Below the pieces are notes generated by a model. It searched no databases, was not told the DNA's origin, and worked only from the letters and a program-made list of their open reading frames with translations. Positions 1 through 8,793 of a stretch of 64,000 bases of DNA are shown piece by piece; the first letter of the stretch is position 1, and every line of letters begins with the position of its first letter. The stretch is from NCBI GenBank assembly GCA_041481345.1, contig JBGPBQ010000001.1:6046-70045 (forward strand), written 5' to 3'. The DNA is from Anaerolineae bacterium (GTDB taxonomy: Bacteria; Chloroflexota; Anaerolineae; Anaerolineales; UBA4823). Made by a program: the position numbers and the translations under genes.

Positions 1-118
1 ATGAACTCGTTCTCCGATTTAATCATTATCACCCTGCTGGATACCTACGAATCGTTCCAGCACGGCACTCGTTGATGCCATAATTCTCAAAATCCCAACC
101 CAATTCATGGAGTGAAAA

Positions 119-838
119 ATGCATTACTTACCAATTCTGACAACGCTCATCACCTTCGTCTTCGCAGCTGCTGTGTTCAGCCGCTTTCGCGATAGGCACG
201 GCGCCCACTTATTGTTGTGGAGCATTGGTCTGGTGCTGTATGGGATCGGTGCGCTGACTGAAGTTATATTGCTGTTCACCTTCAGCCCGATCGCGCTGAA
301 ACTTTGGTACCTGTGCGGCGCCATGCTGACGGCTGCCTGGCTTGGACAAGGGACGATCAACCTGTTGGTGCGCCGCCGGGGCATCGCAACCACGCTGAAT
401 ATCATCCTCGCCGTCGTCAGCCTGCTGGCGATTGTGCTGGTGCTATTCGCACCCATTACTCCTGCGGCTGCCGGCTACAACCCGGCAGTGCCTTTATCGT
501 CTCAATATAAGGAAATCCTGACCCGATCGGGGGTCATCATCCTGCTGACCATCCTGCTCAATACGTATGGCACCTTCACCCTGGTGGGTGGGGCGATTTA
601 CTCAGCTTACATTTTCTGGCGCAAGAGAGTGCTGTTCAACCGCATGGTGGGAAACATCCTGATCGCGGCTGGGGCACTCATGCCAGCAATTGGCGGTACA
701 TTTGTCGGAATGGGTTTGCCAGATTTTCTGTTCCTGAGTGAATTCCTGGGTGCCATATTGATGTACATCGGTTTCCTGCAGGCCACAGCCACGGTGCCAG
801 TGAAAAACACTTCGACTGCCACTACAGCGCAGTTATAA
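119..838 (+). CDS. polytopic integral membrane protein, function unknown
   Basis: 239-aa ORF with about 7 hydrophobic helices (e.g. 'ILTTLITFVFAAAVF', 'LLLWSIGLVLYGIGALTEVILLF'). No catalytic motif recognised. Confidence 0.55.
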   Translation: MHYLPILTTLITFVFAAAVFSRFRDRHGAHLLLWSIGLVLYGIGALTEVILLFTFSPIALKLWYLCGAMLTAAWLGQGTINLLVRRRGIATTLNIILAVVSLLAIVLVLFAPITPAAAGYNPAVPLSSQYKEILTRSGVIILLTILLNTYGTFTLVGGAIYSAYIFWRKRVLFNRMVGNILIAAGALMPAIGGTFVGMGLPDFLFLSEFLGAILMYIGFLQATATVPVKNTSTATTAQL

Positions 839-1021
839 AGTTATAAGATGGACGCTAGATAGCTATCAGGCGATGATAATAGGAAAAATCATGTAATAAG
901 TTGGGCAGAAGTTCAATCGATGAACTTAGCCCAGCTTTTCCCAAAGTGGTGGAAATTATTATTAGTATGGGTAGCTATATTTCCGTTGTTCCGGGGACAA
1001 AAAATAATAAAGGAGCTCAAA

Positions 1022-1366
1022 ATGAATAAGGGATTTACAACCCTCATCTATCCGGTCAGGGATATAACCCAGGCTAAGAAGCTGTACAACAAGCTTTTGG
1101 GCGTCCAGCCGGTCATGGATGAAGCCTACTACGTTGGCTACCGGGTGGACAACCAGGATATCGGGCTGGACCCCAACGGTTTTAAGCAAGGGATGACCGG
1201 GGCAACGGCGTACTACCAGGTAGGTGACATCAAGCAAAGCCTGCAAACCCTGCGCGAAGCGGGTGCACAGGTCGTCCAGGAGGCGAGAGACGTGGGGGGT
1301 GGCAAGCTGGTTGCGGTTGCTAAAGATGTGGATGGCAATATGGTGGGGCTCATCCAGATGCCATAG
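1022..1366 (+). CDS. VOC (glyoxalase/bleomycin-resistance fold) family protein
   Basis: ORF 920..1366 trimmed to ATG 1022, which follows 'aaggag' at 1010-1015. The ~114-aa product ('TTLIYPVRDITQAKKLYNKLLG...GGKLVAVAKDVDGNMVGLIQ') looks like a small VOC-fold protein. Confidence 0.65.
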   Translation: MNKGFTTLIYPVRDITQAKKLYNKLLGVQPVMDEAYYVGYRVDNQDIGLDPNGFKQGMTGATAYYQVGDIKQSLQTLREAGAQVVQEARDVGGGKLVAVAKDVDGNMVGLIQMP

Positions 1367-1397
1367 ACACCATCAGAGCATTCAAAATCACATACAA

Positions 1398-1427
1398 GCC
1401 GACCTGTTATGCCAGGCCGGTTTTTTT
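1398..1427 (+). terminator. rho-independent terminator after the VOC gene
   Basis: Imperfect stem 'gccgacctg'/'ccaggccgg' followed by a T7 run at 1421-1427. Confidence 0.6.
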
Positions 1428-1598
1428 AAGTCCCGGAGCGACGGGTTCTCAGCCAAATTGAAGAGACCTTGAATTTTTGAGCTAGAGGAAGGCAGCAACC
1501 ACGGTCCATTGACCAGGCATGACTAAGAGACTGAGGATTTTTTAAGCTATAATCATTTAAAGCATGAGATGCACTCATCGCTGCAACTAGTTCATCTA

Positions 1599-2660
1599 AT
1601 GAAAAAAATCGTCCTGCCCCTGCTGGTTCTCATCTTTATTGCCGCCGCCTGCACACCCGGTGTGAGCCGGCAAACAACCATCACACCCAATATACCTGCA
1701 ACCGCCGGAAAGGATTGGTATACGGTTTATTTCACCGACCCTACCTCCCCCAACGCATCTTCTTACCGGGGTGGACCGGATAAAGACCTGGCAGCTGCCA
1801 TAGACCAGGCACGCCTGAGCGTGGATACGGCGATCTATGATCTCAACCTGTGGTCGATCAGGGATGCGCTGATCGCGGCGCACCGGCGAGGGGTAAGCGT
1901 GCGTGTGGTCACCGAGAGCGACAATATGGACGAGCAGGAAATCCAGGACCTTAAACAGGCGGGCATCCAGGCGTTGGGAGACCGGCATGAAAGCCTGATG
2001 CACAACAAGTTCTTGGTGATCGACCGCAGTGAGGTTTGGACGGGCTCGATGAACTTCACCACAGGCGGTGCATACCTGGATAACAACAACCTGATCCGCC
2101 TGCAGTCTCCCAAGTTGGGGGAGGCTTACACCCATGAATTTGAGCAAATGTTCGTGTATGATCATTTCAGCAGCGAGAAAACCCCACAAACTCCTAATCC
2201 CATCGTGAAGATAAATGGCAGCCCGGTCGAGGTCTACTTCTCCCCGGAGGATGGCGCATTAGAACACATCCTGAGCGCAGTCAATACGGCTAAGGAGAAC
2301 ATATCCTTCCTGGCATACTCCTTTACTTCAGATGAGCTGTCTGCGGCGCTAATCGAACGCGCTAACGCCGGCGTAACCGTGAAGGGTGTCTTTGACAGAG
2401 ACCAATACCACTCCAATTCAGGCACCAAATACGACACGTTGCACAATGCCGGGCTGGACGTCTGGCTGGATGGCAACCCGCGCCTGATGCACGACAAGGT
2501 GATCATCATCGACGGGCAGGTGGTGATCACAGGCTCGTACAACTTCAGCAACAATGCTGAGCGTAGTAATGACGAGAATACCCTTATCATTCATGATCCA
2601 GTAATCGCCGCCAAGTACCTGGTTGAATTTCAACAGATCTATGAGCTATCGAAAAGGTGA
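1599..2660 (+). CDS. two-HKD phospholipase D superfamily protein (PLD-like nuclease/phospholipase), predicted lipoprotein
   Basis: Two HKD motifs are present: 'HNKFLVIDRSEVWTGSMNFT' and 'HDKVIIIDGQVVITGSYNFSNNAERSNDEN'. The N-terminus 'MKKIVLPLLVLIFIAAAC' is a signal peptide with a lipobox Cys. An alternative start at ATG 1569 is possible. Confidence 0.85.
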   Translation: MKKIVLPLLVLIFIAAACTPGVSRQTTITPNIPATAGKDWYTVYFTDPTSPNASSYRGGPDKDLAAAIDQARLSVDTAIYDLNLWSIRDALIAAHRRGVSVRVVTESDNMDEQEIQDLKQAGIQALGDRHESLMHNKFLVIDRSEVWTGSMNFTTGGAYLDNNNLIRLQSPKLGEAYTHEFEQMFVYDHFSSEKTPQTPNPIVKINGSPVEVYFSPEDGALEHILSAVNTAKENISFLAYSFTSDELSAALIERANAGVTVKGVFDRDQYHSNSGTKYDTLHNAGLDVWLDGNPRLMHDKVIIIDGQVVITGSYNFSNNAERSNDENTLIIHDPVIAAKYLVEFQQIYELSKR

Positions 2661-2666
2661 ACTAAT

Positions 2667-5201
2667 ATGGAAACGAATGGAAAATTTTACCTGGGGCGAA
2701 TTTTTGACCCCAAACAGACCCAAACCACCGACCAGCCTATACTGTACGAACCAGCAGACCTGACCACGCATGCGGTGGTGGTTGGAATGACCGGCTCGGG
2801 GAAGACGGGTCTGTGCATCGATCTATTGGAGGAAGCAGCGCTGAACAATATCCCCGCCCTGATGATCGATCCCAAGGGAGATATCACCAACACCTTGCTG
2901 CACTTCCCCAACCTCCTGCCGCAGGACTTCCAGCCGTGGGTAAACCCTGACCAGGCGCGCCGGGCCGGTAAAACGCTCGATCAGGCAGCTGCGGAAGCGG
3001 CCGCGCTGTGGAAGCAGGGTCTGACGGATTGGGGCATCGACCAACCCCGGCTGACGAAGCTGGCAGATGCGGCTCAGTTCACGGTTTTCACACCCGGCTC
3101 GGATGCGGGAATCCCGGTCAACATCTTAGCGTCATTGAAAGCTCCAGCGGTAGCGTGGGACACTAATAAAGAAACCCTGCGTGAACAGATCTCCGGCACG
3201 GTGATCGCCCTGCTCGGGTTGGTGGGCATGCAGAATATCGACCCGGTACGCTCACGCGAACACATCCTGCTTTCCAATATATTCGAAAATGCCTGGAGCC
3301 AGGGAAAAGACCTCGACCTGGGTGAGCTGATCTTACAAACCCAATCACCACCGTTCCCCAAGCTGGGGGTGTTCGACGTCAACACCTTTTTCCCCGAAAA
3401 AGACCGTTTTGAGCTGGCGATGCTGTTGAATAATATCCTGGCAGCCCCGGCATTCCAGGTGTGGATCGAAGGACAACCCTTGGAGATCGCTTCCCTGTTG
3501 TATACACCGGAGGGTAAACCGCGCCACAGCGTGTTTTACATTGCCCATCTGAGTGATTCCGAGCGCATGTTTTTCATTACCCTGCTGTATTCGGCAGTGG
3601 AAACCTGGATGCGCTCACAGACCGGCACCACAACACTGCGTGCCCTGGTGTACTTTGATGAAATCTACGGCTACCTACCGCCGGTGGCTAACCCACCCTC
3701 GAAACAACCGATGCTGCGCCTGCTCAAACAGGCGCGTGCGTTCGGCGTTGGTCAGGTGCTGGTGACGCAGAACCCGGTCGATGTGGACTATAAGGCGCTT
3801 TCCAACGCCGGCACCTGGATGATCGGCAAGCTGCAGACCGACCAGGATAAACAGCGCCTGTTGGATGGCCTGGACAGTGCCATGTCTGGCAGCCTGGACC
3901 GAGGTGAGTACGATCGCCTGATCTCCAGCCTGGGAAAGCGGGTCTTCCTGCTGCACAATGTGAACGCCAAAGGTCCAATGCTATTTCAGACCCGCTGGGC
4001 GATGAACTACCTGGCCGGGCCGCTGACGCGCACCCAAATCCCAGATCTCAATAAGCTGGCGGGTGCCACCTTGCAACCAACATCGGTAACAACGGCTGCA
4101 CCACAGGCTGCTGCCACAGCCAGTCTAGCTGCTGCCCCCGTGGCAGCCCAGTCAGCCGCGGTGCAGACCCCTGGCTCACCCGGAATATCAGTCTTGGGCT
4201 ACTCAGCCACCCGACCAGCCATTCCAGGTGATATCGGTGAATATTTCCTGCCCAACAATCTGACCTTCACCCAGGCGTTCAAAGCTGCGGGACGTGAACT
4301 CGCCTCTGGAGCACTCAGCCAGGGCTTGATCTACCGACCGGTTATTCTGTGCCAGGCGAGCGCACGCCTGGTAAATTTGAAATATAAACTCGATATCGAC
4401 GTTTCCAAAACCGCCCGGGTCGCCAACCCCGACCGACGGGGGATTGTTCGATGGGATGATTACCCCAGCGGTAGGATCGATCCGTATAGTTTCGACAAGG
4501 CTCCTGACCCCCAAGCGCGTTTCGCCTCGCTTGACGCCCCATTAAATGACACCAAAATGATGAATGCACTGCAGAAGGACTTCCTCGAATGGGCTTACCA
4601 CACCTCCCAGGTGACGGTGCACGCCAATGAGAGCCTCGACCTGTATGCCGGACCTGAGACAACCCAGGGCGATTTTCACGCCCAATGCAGCCGGGCTGCT
4701 CAGCAGGCATGTGCGGCTGAGCTCAGGAAAGCTTCATCGACGTACGACACCAAACTGCGGGCATTGCAAGACAAATTGGAGCACGAACAGGCGAAGCTAA
4801 AGCAAGACCAGGCTGAGCTCTCCAGTCGTAAATTCGAAGTGCTTGGCAGTGCTGCAGAGACGGTGGCGGGTTTACTCGGCTTTGGGCGTAAACGCTCCAT
4901 CAGCTCCTCCATATCAAAGCAGCGCATGGCCTCACACGCCAAGAGTGATGTGGACGAATCGGTCAATATGATCAAGGATTGCCAGGAGCAGATTGCCGCC
5001 ATCGAGCAAGAAAAGGCAGCTGATTTGAAGGCGGTGAATGATAAATGGGCGGAGATCGCCAGCCAGGTCAGCGAGATCCCCATCTCAGCCCAAAAGAAAG
5101 ACATCCTGCTTGATTTCTTCGGGGTGGCGTGGATGCCATACCACCTGACGAAGCTTAACGACCAGTCGTTCGAGCTGCCAGGGTTTACAGCAAGCAGCTG
5201 A
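2667..5201 (+). CDS. DUF853/YjgR-like (HerA/FtsK clade) P-loop NTPase with Ala/Pro linker and coiled-coil C-terminal half
   Basis: Walker A 'GMTGSGKTG', 'LMIDPKGD' and Walker B-like 'ALVYFDEIYGY' are present, together with 'VLVTQNPVDVDYKALSNAGTWMIGKLQT'. A low-complexity linker ('TTAAPQAAATASLAAAPVAAQSAAV') follows. A heptad-like segment 'LRALQDKLEHEQAKLKQDQAELSSRK' lies in the C-terminal half. The start is 6 nt after the PLD stop. Confidence 0.8.
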   Translation: METNGKFYLGRIFDPKQTQTTDQPILYEPADLTTHAVVVGMTGSGKTGLCIDLLEEAALNNIPALMIDPKGDITNTLLHFPNLLPQDFQPWVNPDQARRAGKTLDQAAAEAAALWKQGLTDWGIDQPRLTKLADAAQFTVFTPGSDAGIPVNILASLKAPAVAWDTNKETLREQISGTVIALLGLVGMQNIDPVRSREHILLSNIFENAWSQGKDLDLGELILQTQSPPFPKLGVFDVNTFFPEKDRFELAMLLNNILAAPAFQVWIEGQPLEIASLLYTPEGKPRHSVFYIAHLSDSERMFFITLLYSAVETWMRSQTGTTTLRALVYFDEIYGYLPPVANPPSKQPMLRLLKQARAFGVGQVLVTQNPVDVDYKALSNAGTWMIGKLQTDQDKQRLLDGLDSAMSGSLDRGEYDRLISSLGKRVFLLHNVNAKGPMLFQTRWAMNYLAGPLTRTQIPDLNKLAGATLQPTSVTTAAPQAAATASLAAAPVAAQSAAVQTPGSPGISVLGYSATRPAIPGDIGEYFLPNNLTFTQAFKAAGRELASGALSQGLIYRPVILCQASARLVNLKYKLDIDVSKTARVANPDRRGIVRWDDYPSGRIDPYSFDKAPDPQARFASLDAPLNDTKMMNALQKDFLEWAYHTSQVTVHANESLDLYAGPETTQGDFHAQCSRAAQQACAAELRKASSTYDTKLRALQDKLEHEQAKLKQDQAELSSRKFEVLGSAAETVAGLLGFGRKRSISSSISKQRMASHAKSDVDESVNMIKDCQEQIAAIEQEKAADLKAVNDKWAEIASQVSEIPISAQKKDILLDFFGVAWMPYHLTKLNDQSFELPGFTASS

Positions 5202-5204
5202 TTG

Positions 5205-5777
5205 ATGGCTGAACAACGCTATCAGATCCAGAACAGTCAAGGGGAGCAGGTCACCGTCAACCTGAAGCGCGACAAACGCCTGACGAAAACCTCGCGCTGG
5301 GAACGTCTGCCGGATGGGTCGCTCTTATTGCGTGTGCCCTACCGGCTGCCCAACCGGAGAGTCGCCGCCCTGCTCGAGCAAGTTGCCACGCAGCTGGACA
5401 AATCCATCCGCCTTCACAGGCAGCGGAATGATGCCGTCCTGCGCCAACGGGCTGAAATGGTCAATAAGAAATACTTTGACGGCAAAATTCAGTGGAATGC
5501 GATCTGCTGGGTGAGTAATATGCAGTCGCGTTTAGGCAGCTGCACCCGGGGAGGACCCACGGATGGTCAAATCCGCATCAGCGACAAGATCAAGGATTGG
5601 CCGGATTGGGTGCTGGATTACGTGATCGCGCATGAACTGCTGCACCGGATACACCCCAATCATTCGGCTGCATTTTGGAATGAACTGAGAACAGCCTACC
5701 CGCTGGCTGAACAGGCGCGTGGCTTTGTCAAGGGGGTGAGCTTCGCCTCCGGACGACCCCTGGAGGATGACCTATAA
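5205..5777 (+). CDS. DUF45 (YgjP/COG1451-like) HExxH metal-dependent hydrolase
   Basis: 'SRLGSCTRGGPTDGQIRIS...WVLDYVIAHELLHRIHPNHSAAFWNEL' matches the DUF45 pattern (WGSC...HELxHxxxxNHs.FW). ATG 5205 lies 3 nt after the ATPase stop (5199-5201). Confidence 0.8.
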   Translation: MAEQRYQIQNSQGEQVTVNLKRDKRLTKTSRWERLPDGSLLLRVPYRLPNRRVAALLEQVATQLDKSIRLHRQRNDAVLRQRAEMVNKKYFDGKIQWNAICWVSNMQSRLGSCTRGGPTDGQIRISDKIKDWPDWVLDYVIAHELLHRIHPNHSAAFWNELRTAYPLAEQARGFVKGVSFASGRPLEDDL

Positions 5778-5860
5778 AATGAACCAGCCCACCTCTCTGC
5801 GACCAGCATCGATAATTGATGTTGATGCAATGGCATATAACTTGCAATATATGAAAAAAC

Positions 5861-6373
5861 ATGGACAATACTCCGACTCCCCCTGCTGATTACATGAATG
5901 CCGTGGGTTTACTCAACCGGCGTGAGATCGAAGCACGCTTGCTTGCCCCATTGATTGCGGCCCTGAGTGCGGAGTTCGGCCGCGAGAAAGTGTGGGAGAT
6001 CATAAGCAAGGTGATTCAGGAAATTGCACTCCAGCAAGGCGCCCAGCTGGCGTCTAGTCTGGAGAGCAACGATCTGCAGCATTTTACGGTGGCGCAGGAA
6101 ACTTGGAAGAAGGATAACGCCATCCAAACTGAAGTGCTCGAGCAGACGCGCAAGAAATTCTCGTTCAATGTGTATCGCTGCCGCTACGCTGAGATGTATA
6201 CCCACCTGGGCATCCCGGAGCTGGGAAAAATGCTGTCGTGTGACCGGGATTACGCTTTCATCCAGGGCTACAACCCCGACATTCAGCTAACCCGGACCCA
6301 GACGATCATGGAAGGAGCAGACATCTGTGACTTCCGCTTCGAGCTGGTCCGATCGAAAAAACCGCGTGGGTAA
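5861..6373 (+). CDS. L-2-amino-thiazoline-4-carboxylic acid hydrolase-like (ATC_hydrolase family) protein
   Basis: The C-terminal signature 'CRYAEMYTHLGIPELGKMLSCDRDYAFIQGY...TIMEGADICDFRF' resembles that family as I remember it. Confidence 0.5.
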   Translation: MDNTPTPPADYMNAVGLLNRREIEARLLAPLIAALSAEFGREKVWEIISKVIQEIALQQGAQLASSLESNDLQHFTVAQETWKKDNAIQTEVLEQTRKKFSFNVYRCRYAEMYTHLGIPELGKMLSCDRDYAFIQGYNPDIQLTRTQTIMEGADICDFRFELVRSKKPRG

Positions 6374-6378
6374 ATTGC

Positions 6379-6407
6379 TTGACGCAGGTTTCGGATTATG
6401 CTAGTAT
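6379..6407 (+). promoter_or_regulatory. candidate sigma-70 type promoter for the LysM gene
   Basis: 'ttgacg' (6379-6384), a 17-nt spacer, then 'tagtat' (6402-6407). Confidence 0.4.
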
Positions 6408-6486
6408 CTCTTACAGAGCAGGTTTTGGATCAAGTGAAAAGCATGCCCTGCAGCGCCTTTGGCTGAGTGAAGGAGACAGAAATATT

Positions 6487-7158
6487 ATGAACCGCAATTC
6501 CTCTGTACGTACCATCATCATCCTCGTGGTGATTGGAATAGTAGTGATTGGACTGACCTCCTGCAAACTTCCAGCCTCCAAAGGTCCACAGTCAACCAGT
6601 GATGGGTTCCCGGCACCGGCAGGAAGCAAGGAGACCGGCAGCGGCATTGATGTTTCCACTTTCGCCACACAAACTGCTCAGGCATTACCACCAGTCGTGA
6701 TCAATCAGACTCCCGGGGAGCCTGTATCCACCTCGACTTCACCAAACCCTGTAGCGACCAGCGTGCCCCCACCCCCTGCACCCACCGAAGCTCCCGTCGT
6801 TTACGTCCAGGCGACTCCTGGGGGGCCACCAGCAAGCTATACACTTCAATCAGGTGAATTCCCCTTCTGCATCGCCCGCCGATTCAACGTAGACATTAAT
6901 GAGCTGCTATCCATCAATGGGCTCACTATCAACTCCTCCGTCAGTGCAGGACAGGTCTTAAAAATCCCACAAACGGGCAACCCATTTGTGGGCGAGCGGG
7001 CGCTGAAGCCTCATCCGGATTACTATCAAATTCAATCTGGTGATACGCTCAATACGATTGCCTGCTCATATGGCGATGTCAGCCCCGATATGATCGCCCT
7101 ACAGAATAATCTAACCAGTGACAACTATAATCCTGGAGATGTGATCATCATCCCTTAG
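6487..7158 (+). CDS. membrane-anchored protein with two LysM domains
   Basis: Trimmed to ATG 6487, after 'gaaggagac'. It has a TM helix 'IIILVVIGIVVIGL', a P/T/S-rich linker and two LysM repeats ('YTLQSGEFPFCIARRFNVDINELLSINGL...GQVLKIP' and 'YQIQSGDTLNTIACSYGDV...PGDVIIIP'). Confidence 0.8.
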   Translation: MNRNSSVRTIIILVVIGIVVIGLTSCKLPASKGPQSTSDGFPAPAGSKETGSGIDVSTFATQTAQALPPVVINQTPGEPVSTSTSPNPVATSVPPPPAPTEAPVVYVQATPGGPPASYTLQSGEFPFCIARRFNVDINELLSINGLTINSSVSAGQVLKIPQTGNPFVGERALKPHPDYYQIQSGDTLNTIACSYGDVSPDMIALQNNLTSDNYNPGDVIIIP

Positions 7159-7229
7159 GATCAAGACTGATTTTTACGAAGGTTTAAACACGATACGTGA
7201 TTAAACCTTCGTACATTTTAAGGAGCCTA

Positions 7230-7763
7230 ATGATTGTCGAAACAATTGCTCAAGAAACCGTTTACCGGGGCCACGCCTTCAACGTGCGGCGCGATGAAGT
7301 GCGCTTCCCTAACCAACACACGACACACCTGGACATTATTGAGCATGTCGGGGCGGTCACCATCCTCCCGATCGATGCTGACGGTCGTATTCTGTTCGTG
7401 CGCCAGTACCGGCATGCGACCGGCAAAGAGCTGCTCGAGCTACCGGCGGGTACGCTGGATGCGGGTGAGACGGCTGAGAGCTGTGCCCTGCGGGAGATCC
7501 GGGAAGAGACGGGATATGCCGCGGGGAATTTAACCAAGCTGGGTGAATTCTACCTTGCCCCGGGTTACTCCACCGAATACATGGTTGTCTACCTGGCTAC
7601 CGAGCTGCACCCCGACCCCCTACCGGGTGACCAAGACGAATTCATCACCCTCGAACTGGTGCCGATTGAACAGGCGTATGGATTAGCGCTCAACGGTGGG
7701 CTGCAGGATGGCAAAAGCCTGGCGGCATTACTACTCGCACAAGCCCATATCCAACATTCCTGA
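7230..7763 (+). CDS. NUDIX hydrolase (ADP-ribose pyrophosphatase-like)
   Basis: Nudix box 'GTLDAGETAESCALREIREETGY'. ATG 7230 is preceded by 'aggag' at 7221-7225. Confidence 0.85.
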   Translation: MIVETIAQETVYRGHAFNVRRDEVRFPNQHTTHLDIIEHVGAVTILPIDADGRILFVRQYRHATGKELLELPAGTLDAGETAESCALREIREETGYAAGNLTKLGEFYLAPGYSTEYMVVYLATELHPDPLPGDQDEFITLELVPIEQAYGLALNGGLQDGKSLAALLLAQAHIQHS

Positions 7764-7902
7764 GAAAGATGATTAAAACATGACTTCTCACCCGTCCCCC
7801 TTTGCCTGTCAAGGATGGGAGGAAAATAAGATGGGGGTGTGAGTAGATACATTAAAACGGAGCATTACCCACCTGCGATATGCCGGGGGCTAGCGAATGG
7901 GA

Positions 7903-8457
7903 TTATCTTGATTCGTCGGAGACGGGAATAGTGGGGGATTTCTTATTTACAATCAGCGTTTCAAGGAAGCTGCGGTTTAATAACATCACCGGAGATTCGA
8001 GCTTAATTTCCGGGTAGCGAGGGGCGGTAAGGGTGGCATCATACACGATAATAAAATAACTCGTGCCCTCGGTGATCAATGCCGAGAATTCAAAACGCCC
8101 GGACCATTCGAGCAGTCCGGTGATATCGAACGAGCGGGTGGAAATTTGGACCGGGTATGGGATCAAACGATGATAACCACTTTTCATGACGCCTTGCAAG
8201 CCCATATAGTCGCGCTTTCGTAAGCTTACCGCCGCGATTTCCGAGCGAACCATATAGAGCTGGGCAGCATAGTTCACCACGCTGGAGGGTTTATGGATGG
8301 GAGCAATGCTGGCCTCATTGATCTCAATATAAGAGGTCGTCATATCGGTTAGCATACCCACCAGCCCGCTCTGGATGACTTTAATCTGGCCGAAAATGTA
8401 ATGGCTGCTGGTTAATATCTCGGCTGGGATGAGGCGGTTAGCGATCGGCGAGACCAT
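7903..8457 (-). CDS. hypothetical protein, no recognisable domain
   Basis: 184-aa ORF lying 21 nt downstream of the zinc-finger ORF on the same strand. The composition looks coding and I recognised no motif. Confidence 0.55.
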   Translation of the reverse strand: MVSPIANRLIPAEILTSSHYIFGQIKVIQSGLVGMLTDMTTSYIEINEASIAPIHKPSSVVNYAAQLYMVRSEIAAVSLRKRDYMGLQGVMKSGYHRLIPYPVQISTRSFDITGLLEWSGRFEFSALITEGTSYFIIVYDATLTAPRYPEIKLESPVMLLNRSFLETLIVNKKSPTIPVSDESR

Positions 8458-8478
8458 TACATTCCTCCGTTATCAGAT

Positions 8479-8793
8479 TTAACTTTGGGGTTGAGGCCGG
8501 TTCAGGTTTCGAGGTAGATTCCTGCGGCGAGGTTTATGCTTTCGACCTGTGGTGGGACTGAGCAGCATGTTCAGCCAGCTGACGGCGTGGGTATCATACT
8601 CCCGCTTGCCACATACATCACAAACCCAGGATGGGAAATTCGGTACCGTGATCAGCTCATCGTTCAACCAGGTAAAATAGGTTAGATATTCCAGCCGGAA
8701 AACCCCGGTATGGCATTCAGGGCAGATGTGAGCATATTCCAACTGCTCTTCAGCCTTGGGTTTCTCATCAGGCTTGGTCGTTTCTTCACTCAT
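8479..8793 (-). CDS. YgiT-type (MqsA N-terminal-like) zinc-finger protein with basic tail
   Basis: Paired CxxC motifs 'CPECHTG...' and '...WVCDVCGKREYD', then a basic C-terminal tail 'GRKHKPRRRNLPRNLNRP'. The gene overlaps the deoC stop by 8 nt. Confidence 0.6.
   Translation of the reverse strand: MSEETTKPDEKPKAEEQLEYAHICPECHTGVFRLEYLTYFTWLNDELITVPNFPSWVCDVCGKREYDTHAVSWLNMLLSPTTGRKHKPRRRNLPRNLNRPQPQS

Noticed and set aside
1-75. A short frame-1 reading frame ending at TGA 73-75, possibly the 3' end of an upstream gene.
   Set aside because: It is too short (24 codons) to assign a product or even to confirm that it is coding.
920-1021. 34-codon N-terminal extension of the VOC-family ORF.
   Set aside because: The internal ATG 1022 has a strong 'aaggag' RBS, and the shorter product matches the usual size of single-domain VOC proteins.
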